NCBI GenBank assembly: GCA_965214705.1
Contig: CBDCCI010000002.1
Coordinates: forward strand, 2,400,001-2,464,000
Direction: 5' to 3'
DNA length: 64,000 nucleotides
Origin: Alphaproteobacteria bacterium
GTDB lineage: Bacteria > Pseudomonadota > Alphaproteobacteria > UBA828
In this document: positions 40,354 to 51,304 of the stretch, one piece after another
How positions within the stretch are numbered: the stretch's first letter is position 1
How the letters are laid out: each line of letters begins with the position of its first letter
Notes under the pieces: model-generated
Database searches by the model: none
The model's input: only the letters and a program-made list of their open reading frames with translations
Told to the model about the DNA's origin: nothing
Position numbers and translations under genes: made by a program

Positions 40354-42705
40354 GTGAACGAGACCAGCGAACCGCGGCAGGAGGTCGAGGCGCTGCGCGA
40401 GCGGATCTCGGCGCTCAGCGCGGCGGTGCTGCGCATCAGCGCGAGCCTCGACGTCACCACCGTGCTGCAGGAGGCGGCCGACAGCGCCCGCGCGCTGACC
40501 GCCGCGCGCTACGGCATCATCACCACCATCGACGAGGCGGGCGAGGTGCGCGAGTTCGTCACCTCGGGCTTCACCCCCGACGAGCGGCGCCAGTTCGTCG
40601 ACTGGCCGGACGGGCCGAAGCTGTTCGCGCATTTCCGCGACCTGCCCGGCCCGATCCGACTCACCGACCTCCCCGCCCTGGTCCGCTCCCTCGGCTTCTC
40701 CCCGGACCTGATGCGCTCCAAGACCTTCCAGGGCACGCCGATGCGCCACCGGGGCATCCATGTCGGCAACTTCTTCCTCGCCGAGAAGGAAGGCGCGCCC
40801 GCGTTCACCGACGAGGACGAGGAGATCCTCGTTCTGTTCGCCTCGCAGGCGGCGACCGCCATCGCCAACGCGCGGACGCACCGAAATGAGCGGCGCGCGC
40901 GGGCCGGCCTCGAGGCCCTGATCGAGACCTCGCCGGTCGGCGTCGTGGTGTTCGATGCGAAGAGCGGCCGCCCGGTCTCCGTCAACCGCGAGGCGCGGCG
41001 CATCGCCGAAGGCCTGCGCACGGCGGGCCGCCCGGCGGAGGAGCTGGTCGAGGTGGTCTCGTTCCGCCGGGCCGACGGCCGCGAGGTGTCCCTGAGCGAG
41101 TTCCCCATCGCGCAGCAACTCGGCACCGGCGAGACGCTGCGCGCCGAGGAGGTCGTGCTCTCGGTGCCCGACGGGCGCAGCGTCAGGACGCTGATCAACG
41201 CCACGCCCATCCCCGCCGAGGGCGGCGGGATCGGCTCAGTCGTGGTGACCCTTCAGGACCTAGCGCCGCTCGACGAGCTGGAGCGGCTGCGCGCAGAGTT
41301 CCTGGGCCTGGTGAGCCACGAGCTGCGCGCCCCGCTGACTTCCATTTTGGGCTCGGCCGCCACGCTTCTGGAAGAGTCGGCGGACCTCGATCCGGCCGAG
41401 ATGCACGAGTTCCATCGTATCATCCACGAGCAGGCCGGGCACATGCGCGGCCTCATCGGCGCCCTGCTCGACGCCGGGCGCATCGAAGCGGGCACGCTCT
41501 CGGTCTCGCCGGAACCCTCGGATGTGGCCGCGCTCGTGGACCGTGCGCGGAATACCTTCCTTTCCGGCGGCGGCCGGCACACCGTGCTCATCGACCTGCC
41601 GCCCAACCTGCCGCCTGTGATGGCCGACCGCCGGCGCATCGTGCAGGTTCTGAACAACCTGATCGCCAACGCCGCGAGCCACTCGCCCGACTCCTCCCCC
41701 ATCCAGATCTCGGCCGAGCACGACGGCGTCCACGTTTCGATTTCGGTCTCGGACGAAGGCAGGGGCATCGCGCCCGGGCAGCTGCCGCATCTGTTCCGCA
41801 AGTACGCCGGCTCCGCTGGCGGCGAACGCGCGACCGCAGGAACCGGCCTCGGGCTCGTCATCTGCAAGGGACTGGTGGAAGCGCACGGGGGCCGCATTCG
41901 CGTCGAGAGCGGCGGCACCGGCCAGGGCAGCCGCTTCACCTTTACCCTGCTGGCGGTCGAAGACACCCGTGAAGGCGAAGCCCCCCGTTCCGGCCGCCGC
42001 TCCGCCGATCCGGCGTCCGATCCGCGCGAGCCCACCCGCATCCTGGTGGTGGACGACGACCCGAAGACCCTTCGCTACGTGCGCGACATCCTCAGCGGAG
42101 CGGGCTACGCCCCCCTCGTGACGGGCGACCATGCAGACCTCTCCCACATCATCCGGACCGAGAAGCCATCCCTTGTCCTGCTCGACCTCATGCTGCCCGG
42201 AACCGACGGTATTGCGCTGATGGAGAGCGTGCCGGAGCTCGCCGACCTGCCGGTCGTCTTCATCTCCGGCTACGGCCGCGACGAGACCGTCGCGAGGGCG
42301 TTGAAGGCGGGCGCCGCCGACTACGTCGTCAAGCCGTTCTCGCCCACCGAGCTCATTGCCCGGGTCGAGGCGGCGCTCCGGCGCGTCGCACGCCCCGAGC
42401 CCTTCGCGCTCGGCGCGCTCGCCATCCATTACGAGTCGCACCGGGTCACGGTTGCCGGGCGCGAAGTAACGCTTACCGCGACGGAATACGAGCTGCTGCG
42501 CGTCCTCTCGCTCAACGCGGGACGGGTCGTGACCTACGAGGCGCTGCTGCGCCAGGTCTGGGGTGGGCGCGAGGCCGGCGACATGGATCTCATTCGCAAC
42601 TTCATCAAGAAGCTCCGCGCCAAGCTCGGCGAGGACGCGGCGAACCCGACCTGGATATTCAACGTTCGCGGCGTCGGCTACCGTATGGCCCCGCCCGGCG
42701 AATAA
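40354..42705 (+). CDS. Soluble hybrid sensor-regulator GAF-PAS-HisKA-HATPase-REC-OmpR wHTH, copy 1
   Basis: H-box SHELRAPLT, N-box LNNLIANA, GTGLGL, REC VVDDD/LLDLMLPG/KPFS, wHTH LTATEYELL..NVRGVGYR; RBS AAGGAGGAG before GTG. Confidence 0.88.
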   Translation: MNETSEPRQEVEALRERISALSAAVLRISASLDVTTVLQEAADSARALTAARYGIITTIDEAGEVREFVTSGFTPDERRQFVDWPDGPKLFAHFRDLPGPIRLTDLPALVRSLGFSPDLMRSKTFQGTPMRHRGIHVGNFFLAEKEGAPAFTDEDEEILVLFASQAATAIANARTHRNERRARAGLEALIETSPVGVVVFDAKSGRPVSVNREARRIAEGLRTAGRPAEELVEVVSFRRADGREVSLSEFPIAQQLGTGETLRAEEVVLSVPDGRSVRTLINATPIPAEGGGIGSVVVTLQDLAPLDELERLRAEFLGLVSHELRAPLTSILGSAATLLEESADLDPAEMHEFHRIIHEQAGHMRGLIGALLDAGRIEAGTLSVSPEPSDVAALVDRARNTFLSGGGRHTVLIDLPPNLPPVMADRRRIVQVLNNLIANAASHSPDSSPIQISAEHDGVHVSISVSDEGRGIAPGQLPHLFRKYAGSAGGERATAGTGLGLVICKGLVEAHGGRIRVESGGTGQGSRFTFTLLAVEDTREGEAPRSGRRSADPASDPREPTRILVVDDDPKTLRYVRDILSGAGYAPLVTGDHADLSHIIRTEKPSLVLLDLMLPGTDGIALMESVPELADLPVVFISGYGRDETVARALKAGAADYVVKPFSPTELIARVEAALRRVARPEPFALGALAIHYESHRVTVAGREVTLTATEYELLRVLSLNAGRVVTYEALLRQVWGGREAGDMDLIRNFIKKLRAKLGEDAANPTWIFNVRGVGYRMAPPGE

Positions 42706-42985
42706 CGACGTCCTTGTGAGCCGGTTCGAATGGGACGTGTCGTCCCCGTCGCCGGCCCGATACCGTCACCGGTTCTCGGATTCTTCGCGGTGGCGCGTGT
42801 GCCCGCAGGTGGCTGGCGGCGATCCCGCGCTCATGCCGCTCCCGGCGAGCGCCAAGTGGCGCGGCATGATCGTCCCCATTCCTTTCACGGGTGCTTATCG
42901 CGGGGACCGGCCCCCTGGAAATGCGACCCTGCACTCTGCATTCTTCGTCGAGGCAGAAGTGAGCGATCCTTTGTCGGTAAGGAAC

Positions 42986-45322
42986 TTAGTCCTCTCCGAG
43001 TTTCGGCATGCGGTAGCCGACGCCGCGAACGTTGAATATCCAGGTCGGGTTCGCCGCGTCCTCACCGAGCTTGGCGCGGAGTTTCTTGACGAAGTTGCGC
43101 ACCAGGTCGAGGTCGCCCGCCTCGCGCCCGCTCCAGACCTTGCGTAGCAGGGCTTCGTAGGTCACCACCCGTCCGGCGTCGAGCGAGAGCACGCGCAGAA
43201 GCTCGTACTCGGTCGCGGTCAACTCGACCTCGCGCCCGGCCACCGTCACTCGGCGCTCCTCGTGGTGGATGGCGAGCGCGCCGAGCTCGAAGGGCTCAGG
43301 CCGAGCGACGCGGCGAAGGGCCGCGCCAACCCGGGCGGTGAGCTCGGTCGGCGAGAACGGCTTGACGATGTAGTCGGCGGCGCCCGCCTGCAGGGCTTCC
43401 GCGATGGTCTCGTCGCGGCCGTAGCCCGAGATAAAAACCACCGGCAGATCGGCGAGCTCCGGGACGTTTGCCATCAGCTCGATGCCGTCGGTGCCCGGCA
43501 GCATCAAGTCGAGCAGGACCAAGCGGGGATTCTCGGTACGGATGATCTGCGAGAGCTCCGTATGCTCGCCGGTCACCACCACGGTGTACCCGGCCTTGGC
43601 GAGGGCTTCGCGCGCGATGCGCAGCGTATGCGGGTCGTCGTCGACGACCAGGATGCGGGCGGCCTCGGGCGGTTCCGAGCTCGGGCGCCGGCCGGCGGAC
43701 CTGCTCTGCGCGACATCCTTCGCCACTGGTAAGGTAAAGGTGAACCGGGCGCCTTGGCCGATACCGCCGCTCTCGGCGCGGATGCGGCCCCCGTGCGCCT
43801 CCACCAGCCCCTTGCAGATGACGAGCCCGAGGCCTGTGCCCGTGATCGCCCGAGCGCCGCCGGCGCCCCCGTACTTGCGGAACAGGTGGGGCAGAAACTT
43901 GGGCGCCACGCCCCTTCCCTCGTCCGAGACAGAGACCGCGACGTGGACGCTGTCGCGTTCGGCCGAGACCCGGATAGGGGCGGACTCCGGCGAGTGCCGT
44001 GCCGCGTTGGCGAGCAGGTTGTTCAGCACCTGTACGATGCGTCGGCGGTCGGCCATCACCGGCGGCAGGTCCGGCGGCAGGTCGATGTGCACGGTGTGCC
44101 GGGCACCGCCGGACAGGAACGTGTTCCGCGCCCGGTCGACCAGCGCGGCCACCTCGGACGGTTCGGGGGCGACCGAGAGCGTGCCCGCCTCGATGCGTCC
44201 CGCATCGAGCAGGTCGCCGATCAGGCCGCGCATGTGCGCTGCCTGATCGTGGATGATACGGTAGAACTCGTGGCGTTCGGCCGGGTCGAGCTCGGCCGAC
44301 TCTTCGAGCAGGGTGAAGGCGGAGCCCGTGATCGAGGTGAGCGGGGTGCGCAGCTCGTGACTCACCAGGCCGAGGAACTCGGCGCGAAGCCGCTCCAGCT
44401 CCTGCAGCGGCGCCAGATCCTGCATTGTGACCACCATCGAGGCGACCTCGCCGTCGTCGGAACGGATCGGGGTCGCGTTGAGGAGCACGGTGACGCTGCG
44501 ACCGTCCGGAACCGATAGCTCGACCTCCTCGCCGCGCACCGTCTCGCCGATGCTCAGCGCCTCCACGATGGGGAACTCGCTGAGCGATACCTCGCGGCCG
44601 TCGCCGCGACGGAAGTACATTATGTCTAGCAGCTCCTCCACCGGGCGGTCCGCCATGCGCAGATGTTCGGCGAGGCGCCGCGCCTCGCGGTTGAACGACA
44701 CCGGACGGCCGGATCGGGCATCGAACACCACGACGCCGACCGGCGAGGTCTCGACCAGGGCTTCGAGGTCCGCCCGCGCGCGGCGCTCGTCGCGGTGGGT
44801 GCGGGCGTTGGCGATCGCGGCCGCCGCCTGCGAGGCGAACAGCGCCATTACCTCCTCGTCCTCGTCGGTGAACTCTGGTCCCGTCTCCTTCTCGCCGAGG
44901 AAGAAGTTGCCGACCTGCGCGCCGCGGTGGCGCATCGGCGTGCCCTGGAAGGTGTTGATGATCACCCCGTCGGTGGAAAAGCCGAGCGCGCCGACATGGG
45001 CGGGCATGTCGGCCACCCGCAGCGGCGAGGGCAGATCGCGCAGCACCTCGAAGACCCGCAGGTTGTCCGTCCACTCCACCACCTGACGTTTCTCCTCGGG
45101 CGTGAAGCCGGAGAGGACGGCGTCCTCGAGCCGCCCGGCGTCGTCGATGGTGGTGATGACGGCGTAGCGGGCGCCGGTCAGCGCGCGGGCGGTTTCAGCG
45201 ATCTCGTGAAGCACCGTGTCGAGGTCGAGGCTCGTGCTGATGCGCAAGAAGGCCGCGGTGAGTGCGGAGATCCGTTCGCGCAGGGTCTCGATCTGCCGCG
45301 CCGGTTCGGTCGGCTCGCTCAA
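42986..45322 (-). CDS. Soluble hybrid sensor-regulator GAF-PAS-HisKA-HATPase-REC-OmpR wHTH, copy 2
   Basis: Close paralogue of 40354..42705 (SHELRTPLT, LLDLMLPG, NVRGVGYR); TTG start after GGAGGAG inferred. Confidence 0.88.
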   Translation of the reverse strand: MSEPTEPARQIETLRERISALTAAFLRISTSLDLDTVLHEIAETARALTGARYAVITTIDDAGRLEDAVLSGFTPEEKRQVVEWTDNLRVFEVLRDLPSPLRVADMPAHVGALGFSTDGVIINTFQGTPMRHRGAQVGNFFLGEKETGPEFTDEDEEVMALFASQAAAAIANARTHRDERRARADLEALVETSPVGVVVFDARSGRPVSFNREARRLAEHLRMADRPVEELLDIMYFRRGDGREVSLSEFPIVEALSIGETVRGEEVELSVPDGRSVTVLLNATPIRSDDGEVASMVVTMQDLAPLQELERLRAEFLGLVSHELRTPLTSITGSAFTLLEESAELDPAERHEFYRIIHDQAAHMRGLIGDLLDAGRIEAGTLSVAPEPSEVAALVDRARNTFLSGGARHTVHIDLPPDLPPVMADRRRIVQVLNNLLANAARHSPESAPIRVSAERDSVHVAVSVSDEGRGVAPKFLPHLFRKYGGAGGARAITGTGLGLVICKGLVEAHGGRIRAESGGIGQGARFTFTLPVAKDVAQSRSAGRRPSSEPPEAARILVVDDDPHTLRIAREALAKAGYTVVVTGEHTELSQIIRTENPRLVLLDLMLPGTDGIELMANVPELADLPVVFISGYGRDETIAEALQAGAADYIVKPFSPTELTARVGAALRRVARPEPFELGALAIHHEERRVTVAGREVELTATEYELLRVLSLDAGRVVTYEALLRKVWSGREAGDLDLVRNFVKKLRAKLGEDAANPTWIFNVRGVGYRMPKLGED

Positions 45323-45860
45323 CGGGTTCTCCTCCCCGGATACGGCCTGGATTGACCTTCGATCGCCCAGCGCCGGCGTGCCGCGGCACAGGACAGTCAG
45401 GACCCTAGGGTGCCGACGATCCGGCCGGATCGTAAACGATCCAGTCAAATAATTACAGAAAAGACATCGTATTAATCAAATTAGGTACGAAGAAATCATT
45501 TAAAGCCTTTCAAATGCTGGTTTTGCCCGCGGTTCGGCGACGCTCGGAGAACGGAGAAGATGACCGGGCGGTTCGCAATGACGAGCGCGGTACGGAACCG
45601 TTCCGGGCATTGTCGACGGCGATGGCTGCCGCGCGTGCCTGCGCACCAGTTCAGCAACTAGCCGAAAGCGAGAGTTGTCGGGTCGCCAAGCTTGAGAGAC
45701 TTTCGATCGCCTCCGAAAAGGTAAGGGACTGGTGATCCGGTCGTTCATCCGCGTCGTCGGTCCGCTCCCGCAACACCGGACTGATCAATGGCAGCGGACT
45801 TGTGTTTCGATCGACCTGATCTACCTCAACGTGTCCCTAGACACTTACGGATCGCGCACT

Positions 45861-46778
45861 TTACGCACGGTCACTGTCTTGAGCGAGTCGGCCGACGGAA
45901 CGGTCAATTTCGTCCAGCAACCAAGCGCGAAAGTCGCTGACCTCCGACACGTCGGCCATCGTTTTGGGGATCAAGAGCCAGTAGCCGAACTCGCTCTGCA
46001 GGGTCTCGTCGACGGGCCGCACGAGGCGCCCCGATGCGAGGTCGTCATGTACAATCGTGGTGGGGGTCAGTGCGACGCCCAATCCTTCCCGCGCAGCGTC
46101 CATGATAAGCCCTCCGCTAAGACTGATGCCGGCATGCGGGTCGATCCCTTCGCGACCTTCCAGCCCTGCGCTGGTCAGGAAGGTGGGCCAGTCGGGAAAA
46201 TCGTAGCGATGCGGGAAACTATGGCGATGAAGGAGGGTTGCTCCGGCGAGAGTTCGGTCTTGACAGACCGAGGGAGCGCACACCGCCAAGATCGTCTCGC
46301 GGGTCAGTCTCTCCGCAACGACGTCGCCCTCGCTGTCAAAGAATCCCCAGTCGACGACGATATCCGCGTCGCCGATGGTCGATTCAGTGAATCGGTCAAC
46401 GAGGACGATATCGACGTTGCGAGCTTGGCGCTTGAAGCTTCCAAGGCGAGGAAACAGCCAACACTTCGCGAAAACGGGCGCGACCATGACCACGATTCTT
46501 TTTGTGCGAGGATTGCGGCGTGTACGCACGACGGCATTGTTGATCATGGTAAAGGCTGGGTAGAGGTTATCTCTTAAGCTCTTGCCGGCGACCGTAAGAC
46601 GCACGCCACGCCCGTTTCTCTCCAAAATGGCGACGCCGAGATCAGCCTCGAGCTCTTTGATGTGACGGCTTACGGCGCTAGGCGTGACCGACAATTCGCC
46701 GCCGGCAAGGGATACTGAACCGAGACGGGCGACGGCCTCGAATGCACGCAGCGAGTTCAGGGAAGGTAGGCGCGCCAC
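45861..46778 (-). CDS. LysR-family regulator (GcvA-like)
   Basis: RLPSLNSLRAFEAVARLGS..ELSVTPSAVSRHIKELE; GRLVRP. Confidence 0.9.
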   Translation of the reverse strand: MARLPSLNSLRAFEAVARLGSVSLAGGELSVTPSAVSRHIKELEADLGVAILERNGRGVRLTVAGKSLRDNLYPAFTMINNAVVRTRRNPRTKRIVVMVAPVFAKCWLFPRLGSFKRQARNVDIVLVDRFTESTIGDADIVVDWGFFDSEGDVVAERLTRETILAVCAPSVCQDRTLAGATLLHRHSFPHRYDFPDWPTFLTSAGLEGREGIDPHAGISLSGGLIMDAAREGLGVALTPTTIVHDDLASGRLVRPVDETLQSEFGYWLLIPKTMADVSEVSDFRAWLLDEIDRSVGRLAQDSDRA

Positions 46779-47415
46779 CTCTCTCTACCTCTGTTTGCGG
46801 CAATGAAAGTCCGGTTCGCTCGCGACGCGTCCGGGCGCACATGGACGACCGCCGCCCGCGCTTTGCATCTTCCACGCGCAACGGGAAGCGGATCATTGGT
46901 GAAACATGCACATTCTGGCGCCAAATCCGTGATCTGTGTGTTCTTTTCTTGGCTAAAATCGTTCTCATTCTGTGACTTTCCTCTCGAACTGGTGGATGGA
47001 CCGGACGCAGGACGCACTACGTGGACGTCATGGTGAGATGAACGTCCAGGGCAGCAACTCGTCGCACTCAGAGCTGGCACTCTGCGCCGGTGGGCTCGAG
47101 CGTGCCAGCGAATGCGGCATGCCCGTGTTGCGAGTGGGAGTCGATCGATGATGGCGGGGAAGTGACGGATAACCCCAAACCGATCGCGCGCCGCTGGAAG
47201 ATGAACCACACGAGAGGCCCAGATGTCGGGCTGGAACAAGAGCGAGACCGCGAGGGCCAGTCTCCAAGTGAGCGATCAGGCGTGGTTCTGCAATCTGCAC
47301 CGGTACTCGCCGATTGCGTCTCCTCGGCCAGCCCGTTGTGCGCCGCGCTCGCGTGCCCACTCTGCTCGTTCTCACAGAGGAGCGGCGCTTCATGCCTGAC
47401 GGACCCCGGTGCGGA

Positions 47416-48399
47416 TCAGCGGTTGGCTGCGACACCGGAGGCGTGACCACCCATGATCCGCGCAGGGGGAGATTGCGCTGAACTCGGCTTGGCCGGTCCA
47501 CCCGAGCTGCGACCCATCTCATCCTTCAGCCAAGCCTGGAAGGCGACGACTTCAGGGCGAACACTCCGCGTCTGGGGAGCCAGCATCCAGTAGCCGCAGC
47601 CGTTTCTCATGGCTTCAGCGATCGGGCGCACCAAACGTCCGCTCGCCAAATCGTCATAGGCTACGGTCGTATTGGTGAGCAGCAGGCCTTTGCCGTTGCG
47701 TGCGGCTTCCATTATCAGCGCCGTAGACAGGCGAAGTCCCCGGCTGGTGTCGATGCCGTCCAGCCCCAAGAACGCAGCAAAGCCCGTCCAGCCCGGCCAG
47801 TTCGCGGTGGGCGGTATGCCCTTGCGGTGCAGGAGCGTACATTCAGCTAGGCTTCTCGTTTCCGCGATGTGGCGTGCCACATCTGGCCTACATACGGGAA
47901 AAATCTCCTCGTCGCTCAGCTTCTCGACGTCGAAGCCTGGAAATTTGTCGAAGCACCCGTAGTCAATGATTAGATCGGCGCCTGGAGGGATCCTGTCAGG
48001 ACATGTCCACTTGTCCTCGATTGCCACATCGATCGTCGCTCCGTGATAGTTGAAGCGATCAATGCGTGGAATCAACCAAGCTGAAGCGAACATGGGTGAG
48101 CTATAAAGCCTGATCCGATTGCCTGCACGCGAATCGGCCACTCTTTCAATGCATCCAGCGATTTCAGCGAACGCTGCTTCCAAGCCAATTTGGAGCTGCT
48201 CACCAACAGGAGTCAGGCGAACACCACGACCATCCCGCGAGAGGAGTTTGATGCCTAAGTCGGCTTCAAGATTCTTAATTTGGCTGCTCACAGCGCCGGC
48301 CGTAACATTAAGAGCGCGAGCCGCCTCAACCACTGAACCATGACGACCTACTGCTTCGTAAGCCTTCAAGGAATTGAGTGACGGTAATCTTCTTCCCAT
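47416..48399 (-). CDS. LysR-family regulator (GcvA-like), paralogue
   Basis: RRLPSLNSLKAYEAVGRHGS..LNVTAGAVSSQIKNLE; DDLASGRLVRP. Confidence 0.9.
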   Translation of the reverse strand: MGRRLPSLNSLKAYEAVGRHGSVVEAARALNVTAGAVSSQIKNLEADLGIKLLSRDGRGVRLTPVGEQLQIGLEAAFAEIAGCIERVADSRAGNRIRLYSSPMFASAWLIPRIDRFNYHGATIDVAIEDKWTCPDRIPPGADLIIDYGCFDKFPGFDVEKLSDEEIFPVCRPDVARHIAETRSLAECTLLHRKGIPPTANWPGWTGFAAFLGLDGIDTSRGLRLSTALIMEAARNGKGLLLTNTTVAYDDLASGRLVRPIAEAMRNGCGYWMLAPQTRSVRPEVVAFQAWLKDEMGRSSGGPAKPSSAQSPPARIMGGHASGVAANR

Positions 48400-49487
48400 G
48401 CCCTATTTTGCAATTTCCGGGTGCTAATGTCACCCCAAATCGTCCTCCTTTTGTGTTATTTTTGTAAATTATACGGCCAGAAAAATATTATTTGAGTGAC
48501 GACCGAGCTCGATTGTCACCGAGGCACCATCGCAGCGACGGCATGCACTGCGACTCGACACCAGCCCATCCCTGTGCTGCTCCCGTCCGAGGCCTGCTGA
48601 CAGGACGGCAACTCGTCGTCCGCCCCCTTCTGATGCAGCCTACCGCGTTGTCACGTTTGTGACGGTTCTCCATCCACCGCACCCGCCCTACCGCGAATGC
48701 CGAACCTGATACGGCAACCGCCAGCATAAACCTCTGTGGAGAAAATGGGTTTTCTTCATCACGCGTGCGCTTAGCGCTTCGCCCAGTTGAGCAGAGCAGG
48801 GCGTACGATTCGGCGCGGCGGCCAAGCGAGGGCTATCAGGTCCCTCGACCGGAGCTCGCCGTGAGCCTCCAAGACTGCTGGGCGAAGCCTTGCTACCTCA
48901 TGGCACAGTGGATGGGCTGGCGCCATATTTCTGAGCGGCAGGGAAACGCCCGCCGGGGTGTCGAGCAGGAGAGCCTCGAAACTCCAGCTATCTCGATCGC
49001 GTCGTGACCCGGCCCGGGCGTAACAACAGCGTGTCCACAAACCGCCGTTAACGTTCCGGTCTCAGGTCGCACTGAAGCGCAACGTCCGCTCGCGCGCGGC
49101 CTGATGTTTTTGCAATTCTAGCATTCTGAGTCGCCGAAGATGTAAAGCGAACGCATATGCGCCAAACGGCACGCCTCCTGATCGGGTCTTCTTGATATAA
49201 CTAATGAAGTAGTCTGCACGTGTTTCGAGAAAATCTAGTAGGCCGACGCAAGGGATTGAGATCACTTCTTCGTGAACAGGCAGGCCGAAATGTTTGGACA
49301 AAGAATGCAAATGCTTCAGACGTCGTTGGGAGGAGAGCTGCAGGCGGCTTGAATCGACGAAGTCGCGTAGTGAATTCGTTTTTCCCGGTGTTGCGCTAAG
49401 GGATCGCCGATCTCGGTACAACAAAATTCGACGATCAGCGATGGTATCCTGCAACATTGTCTCGGCACAGCAAATCGAAGTTTTAAT

Positions 49488-50630
49488 TCAGTCTCCCGGC
49501 ATCATGGTGGCGCTTTGAAGAACGCGTTTCATCACTTGCCGTATAGACTTGCGGTATACTGCGCTCGTACGTCTGGACTTGGCACCGGTGGCAAATGCAT
49601 GAATTGCTGGTTCGAAAGGGATAACGACGTCTGGGCGACGATCGCCGAGCGCGTAACGCACATGAGCTGGTGACAAGCGGCTCTTGGGCATTCGCGGAAG
49701 GCATTGAGTTAGAGTTACCGGGTAGTTCGTTCCCAACAGGGCCAAGCCGCGCACGACCGAGCTCAGACTCGAAAGTGTCGGCTCGAACTGCAAAACACGC
49801 GCGTCGGCGCGCTGCATGATCTCCAATCGCAAATCTCCATCGGGGAACCCTGTCACCAGGACCAGGTGGGTCCGGTTCGCGAGATGTGCGAGAAGCCTGC
49901 AAACGGCGGTGGAAGACGGCGGTTCTAATGGTGCGGCGACAGGGGTGTAGGCCACCAGCGATAGACCTTTGTCCGTTGGTGCGCACACGTCGTCGATCTG
50001 ATTCAGTGTGATGTCGGGCTCGGCGTCGGCGGATGCGTGGCTGCCGAGAGATTCGAGAAGGCCCGACAGCCCGTCGGCGGGGGGAATGCCAAACAATCCG
50101 GGAAGCCGTGCCGCGACCGGATCAAGATCTACGATCGAGGCCGTGCGCCCGTCGGCGGCAATAGCGCGCGCGACGGCCGCAACGAGCGTGGATGTCCCGC
50201 TGCCGGCGCTGCCCGCGAATGCGACGACACGCCCGGCATAAGCCCGCTCAGCGGGACTGGCAGACACTGACGCGCACGCTTCTCGGATCTGGAGAGAGGA
50301 AACCGGTTTGAGCAGATAGTCCGCGATGCCGCACTGAAAGAGAGACCGAGCAAATTGCGCAGTATCGGTCGAACCGATTGCGATGACCGCGGTTTCGACG
50401 GCGCAGACTGCAGCTAACTCCCTCGCGGCAATTTCGGGATCCGCGACTCCGTCAAGGTCGACGAAAAGCAGTTTCGCGGCGGGTTCGACCGCCAGACTTC
50501 TAAGGGCCGCCGGAAGACGGTCACGCTGAATTTTGGCCTTGCGGCCCGCGAGACCCTCACGCAGAGCACGCAAAGTGCGAGCGTCTGCAGCGAATCCTCG
50601 CGCATACAGGCTATCGGGGGGCAGAGCCAC
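49488..50630 (-). CDS. CpaE/TadZ-like pilus assembly protein (pseudo-receiver + MinD-like ATPase)
   Basis: LLFVDLD..GIADYLLKP receiver-like domain, then RVVAFAGSAGSGTSTL and IVDLD. Confidence 0.7.
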   Translation of the reverse strand: MALPPDSLYARGFAADARTLRALREGLAGRKAKIQRDRLPAALRSLAVEPAAKLLFVDLDGVADPEIAARELAAVCAVETAVIAIGSTDTAQFARSLFQCGIADYLLKPVSSLQIREACASVSASPAERAYAGRVVAFAGSAGSGTSTLVAAVARAIAADGRTASIVDLDPVAARLPGLFGIPPADGLSGLLESLGSHASADAEPDITLNQIDDVCAPTDKGLSLVAYTPVAAPLEPPSSTAVCRLLAHLANRTHLVLVTGFPDGDLRLEIMQRADARVLQFEPTLSSLSSVVRGLALLGTNYPVTLTQCLPRMPKSRLSPAHVRYALGDRRPDVVIPFEPAIHAFATGAKSRRTSAVYRKSIRQVMKRVLQSATMMPGD

Positions 50631-50675
50631 TTCTGGGTTCCACGCCCAAATCAGGGCAAGAGCCGGTCTTGGGAC

Positions 50676-51107
50676 TCATGAGCCGCCGGTTATCGACGAA
50701 GCCGTGTCGGACGGGTCGGGCAACGGCCGGACCCGATCTTCAACCCAGCGCTTGTAGGCGTTGGATGCACTGCCATAGGCAGCGGTCGTTCGGGCGTTGG
50801 GGATGCACGGTTGCTGCCGTGCTTCGCCGACGGATGTAACGCCGAGGACGGGACCATGAAGAGTAATCGCATCTCGGGCTGCAGCGGTCGACAGGTTGGT
50901 CGTGCAGGGGCGCCGAAGGGCCTGGAGCGCCTCATGGTACGTGACGAGACGCTCGGTCTCCGCCCTGACCTCGGTGACCACCCCGCTGAAAGGGGCAAAA
51001 TACTCGTCCTGCAGTGCGAGCCGCCCCTGACAGCCGGCTACGAGCAAAGCGATCAACATTGGCATGACCAGTCGGGGATGCAAATGCGGGAATCCGACCT
51101 TCTTCAT
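50676..51107 (-). CDS. Putative lipoprotein (possible CpaD/pilotin-like)
   Basis: Lipobox LLVAGC after a hydrophobic stretch; directly upstream of the CpaE-like gene. Confidence 0.5.
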   Translation of the reverse strand: MKKVGFPHLHPRLVMPMLIALLVAGCQGRLALQDEYFAPFSGVVTEVRAETERLVTYHEALQALRRPCTTNLSTAAARDAITLHGPVLGVTSVGEARQQPCIPNARTTAAYGSASNAYKRWVEDRVRPLPDPSDTASSITGGS

Positions 51108-51304
51108 AGCATGCTCCTACGCAACGGATATTGCAGCACGACTCACACCGTCTCTCAAAAACGTGTCTCGAAATATTCAAAAACTTTCGTTCGAATGGCC
51201 GAGATGTTCATACCTTCGGCACTCCCTTACCCAAGCGACCTCATCACGGAAGTCTGACGAGAGAACCCTCGCTCAGAGACATCTTCCAACTTATACTCAA
51301 AGCG

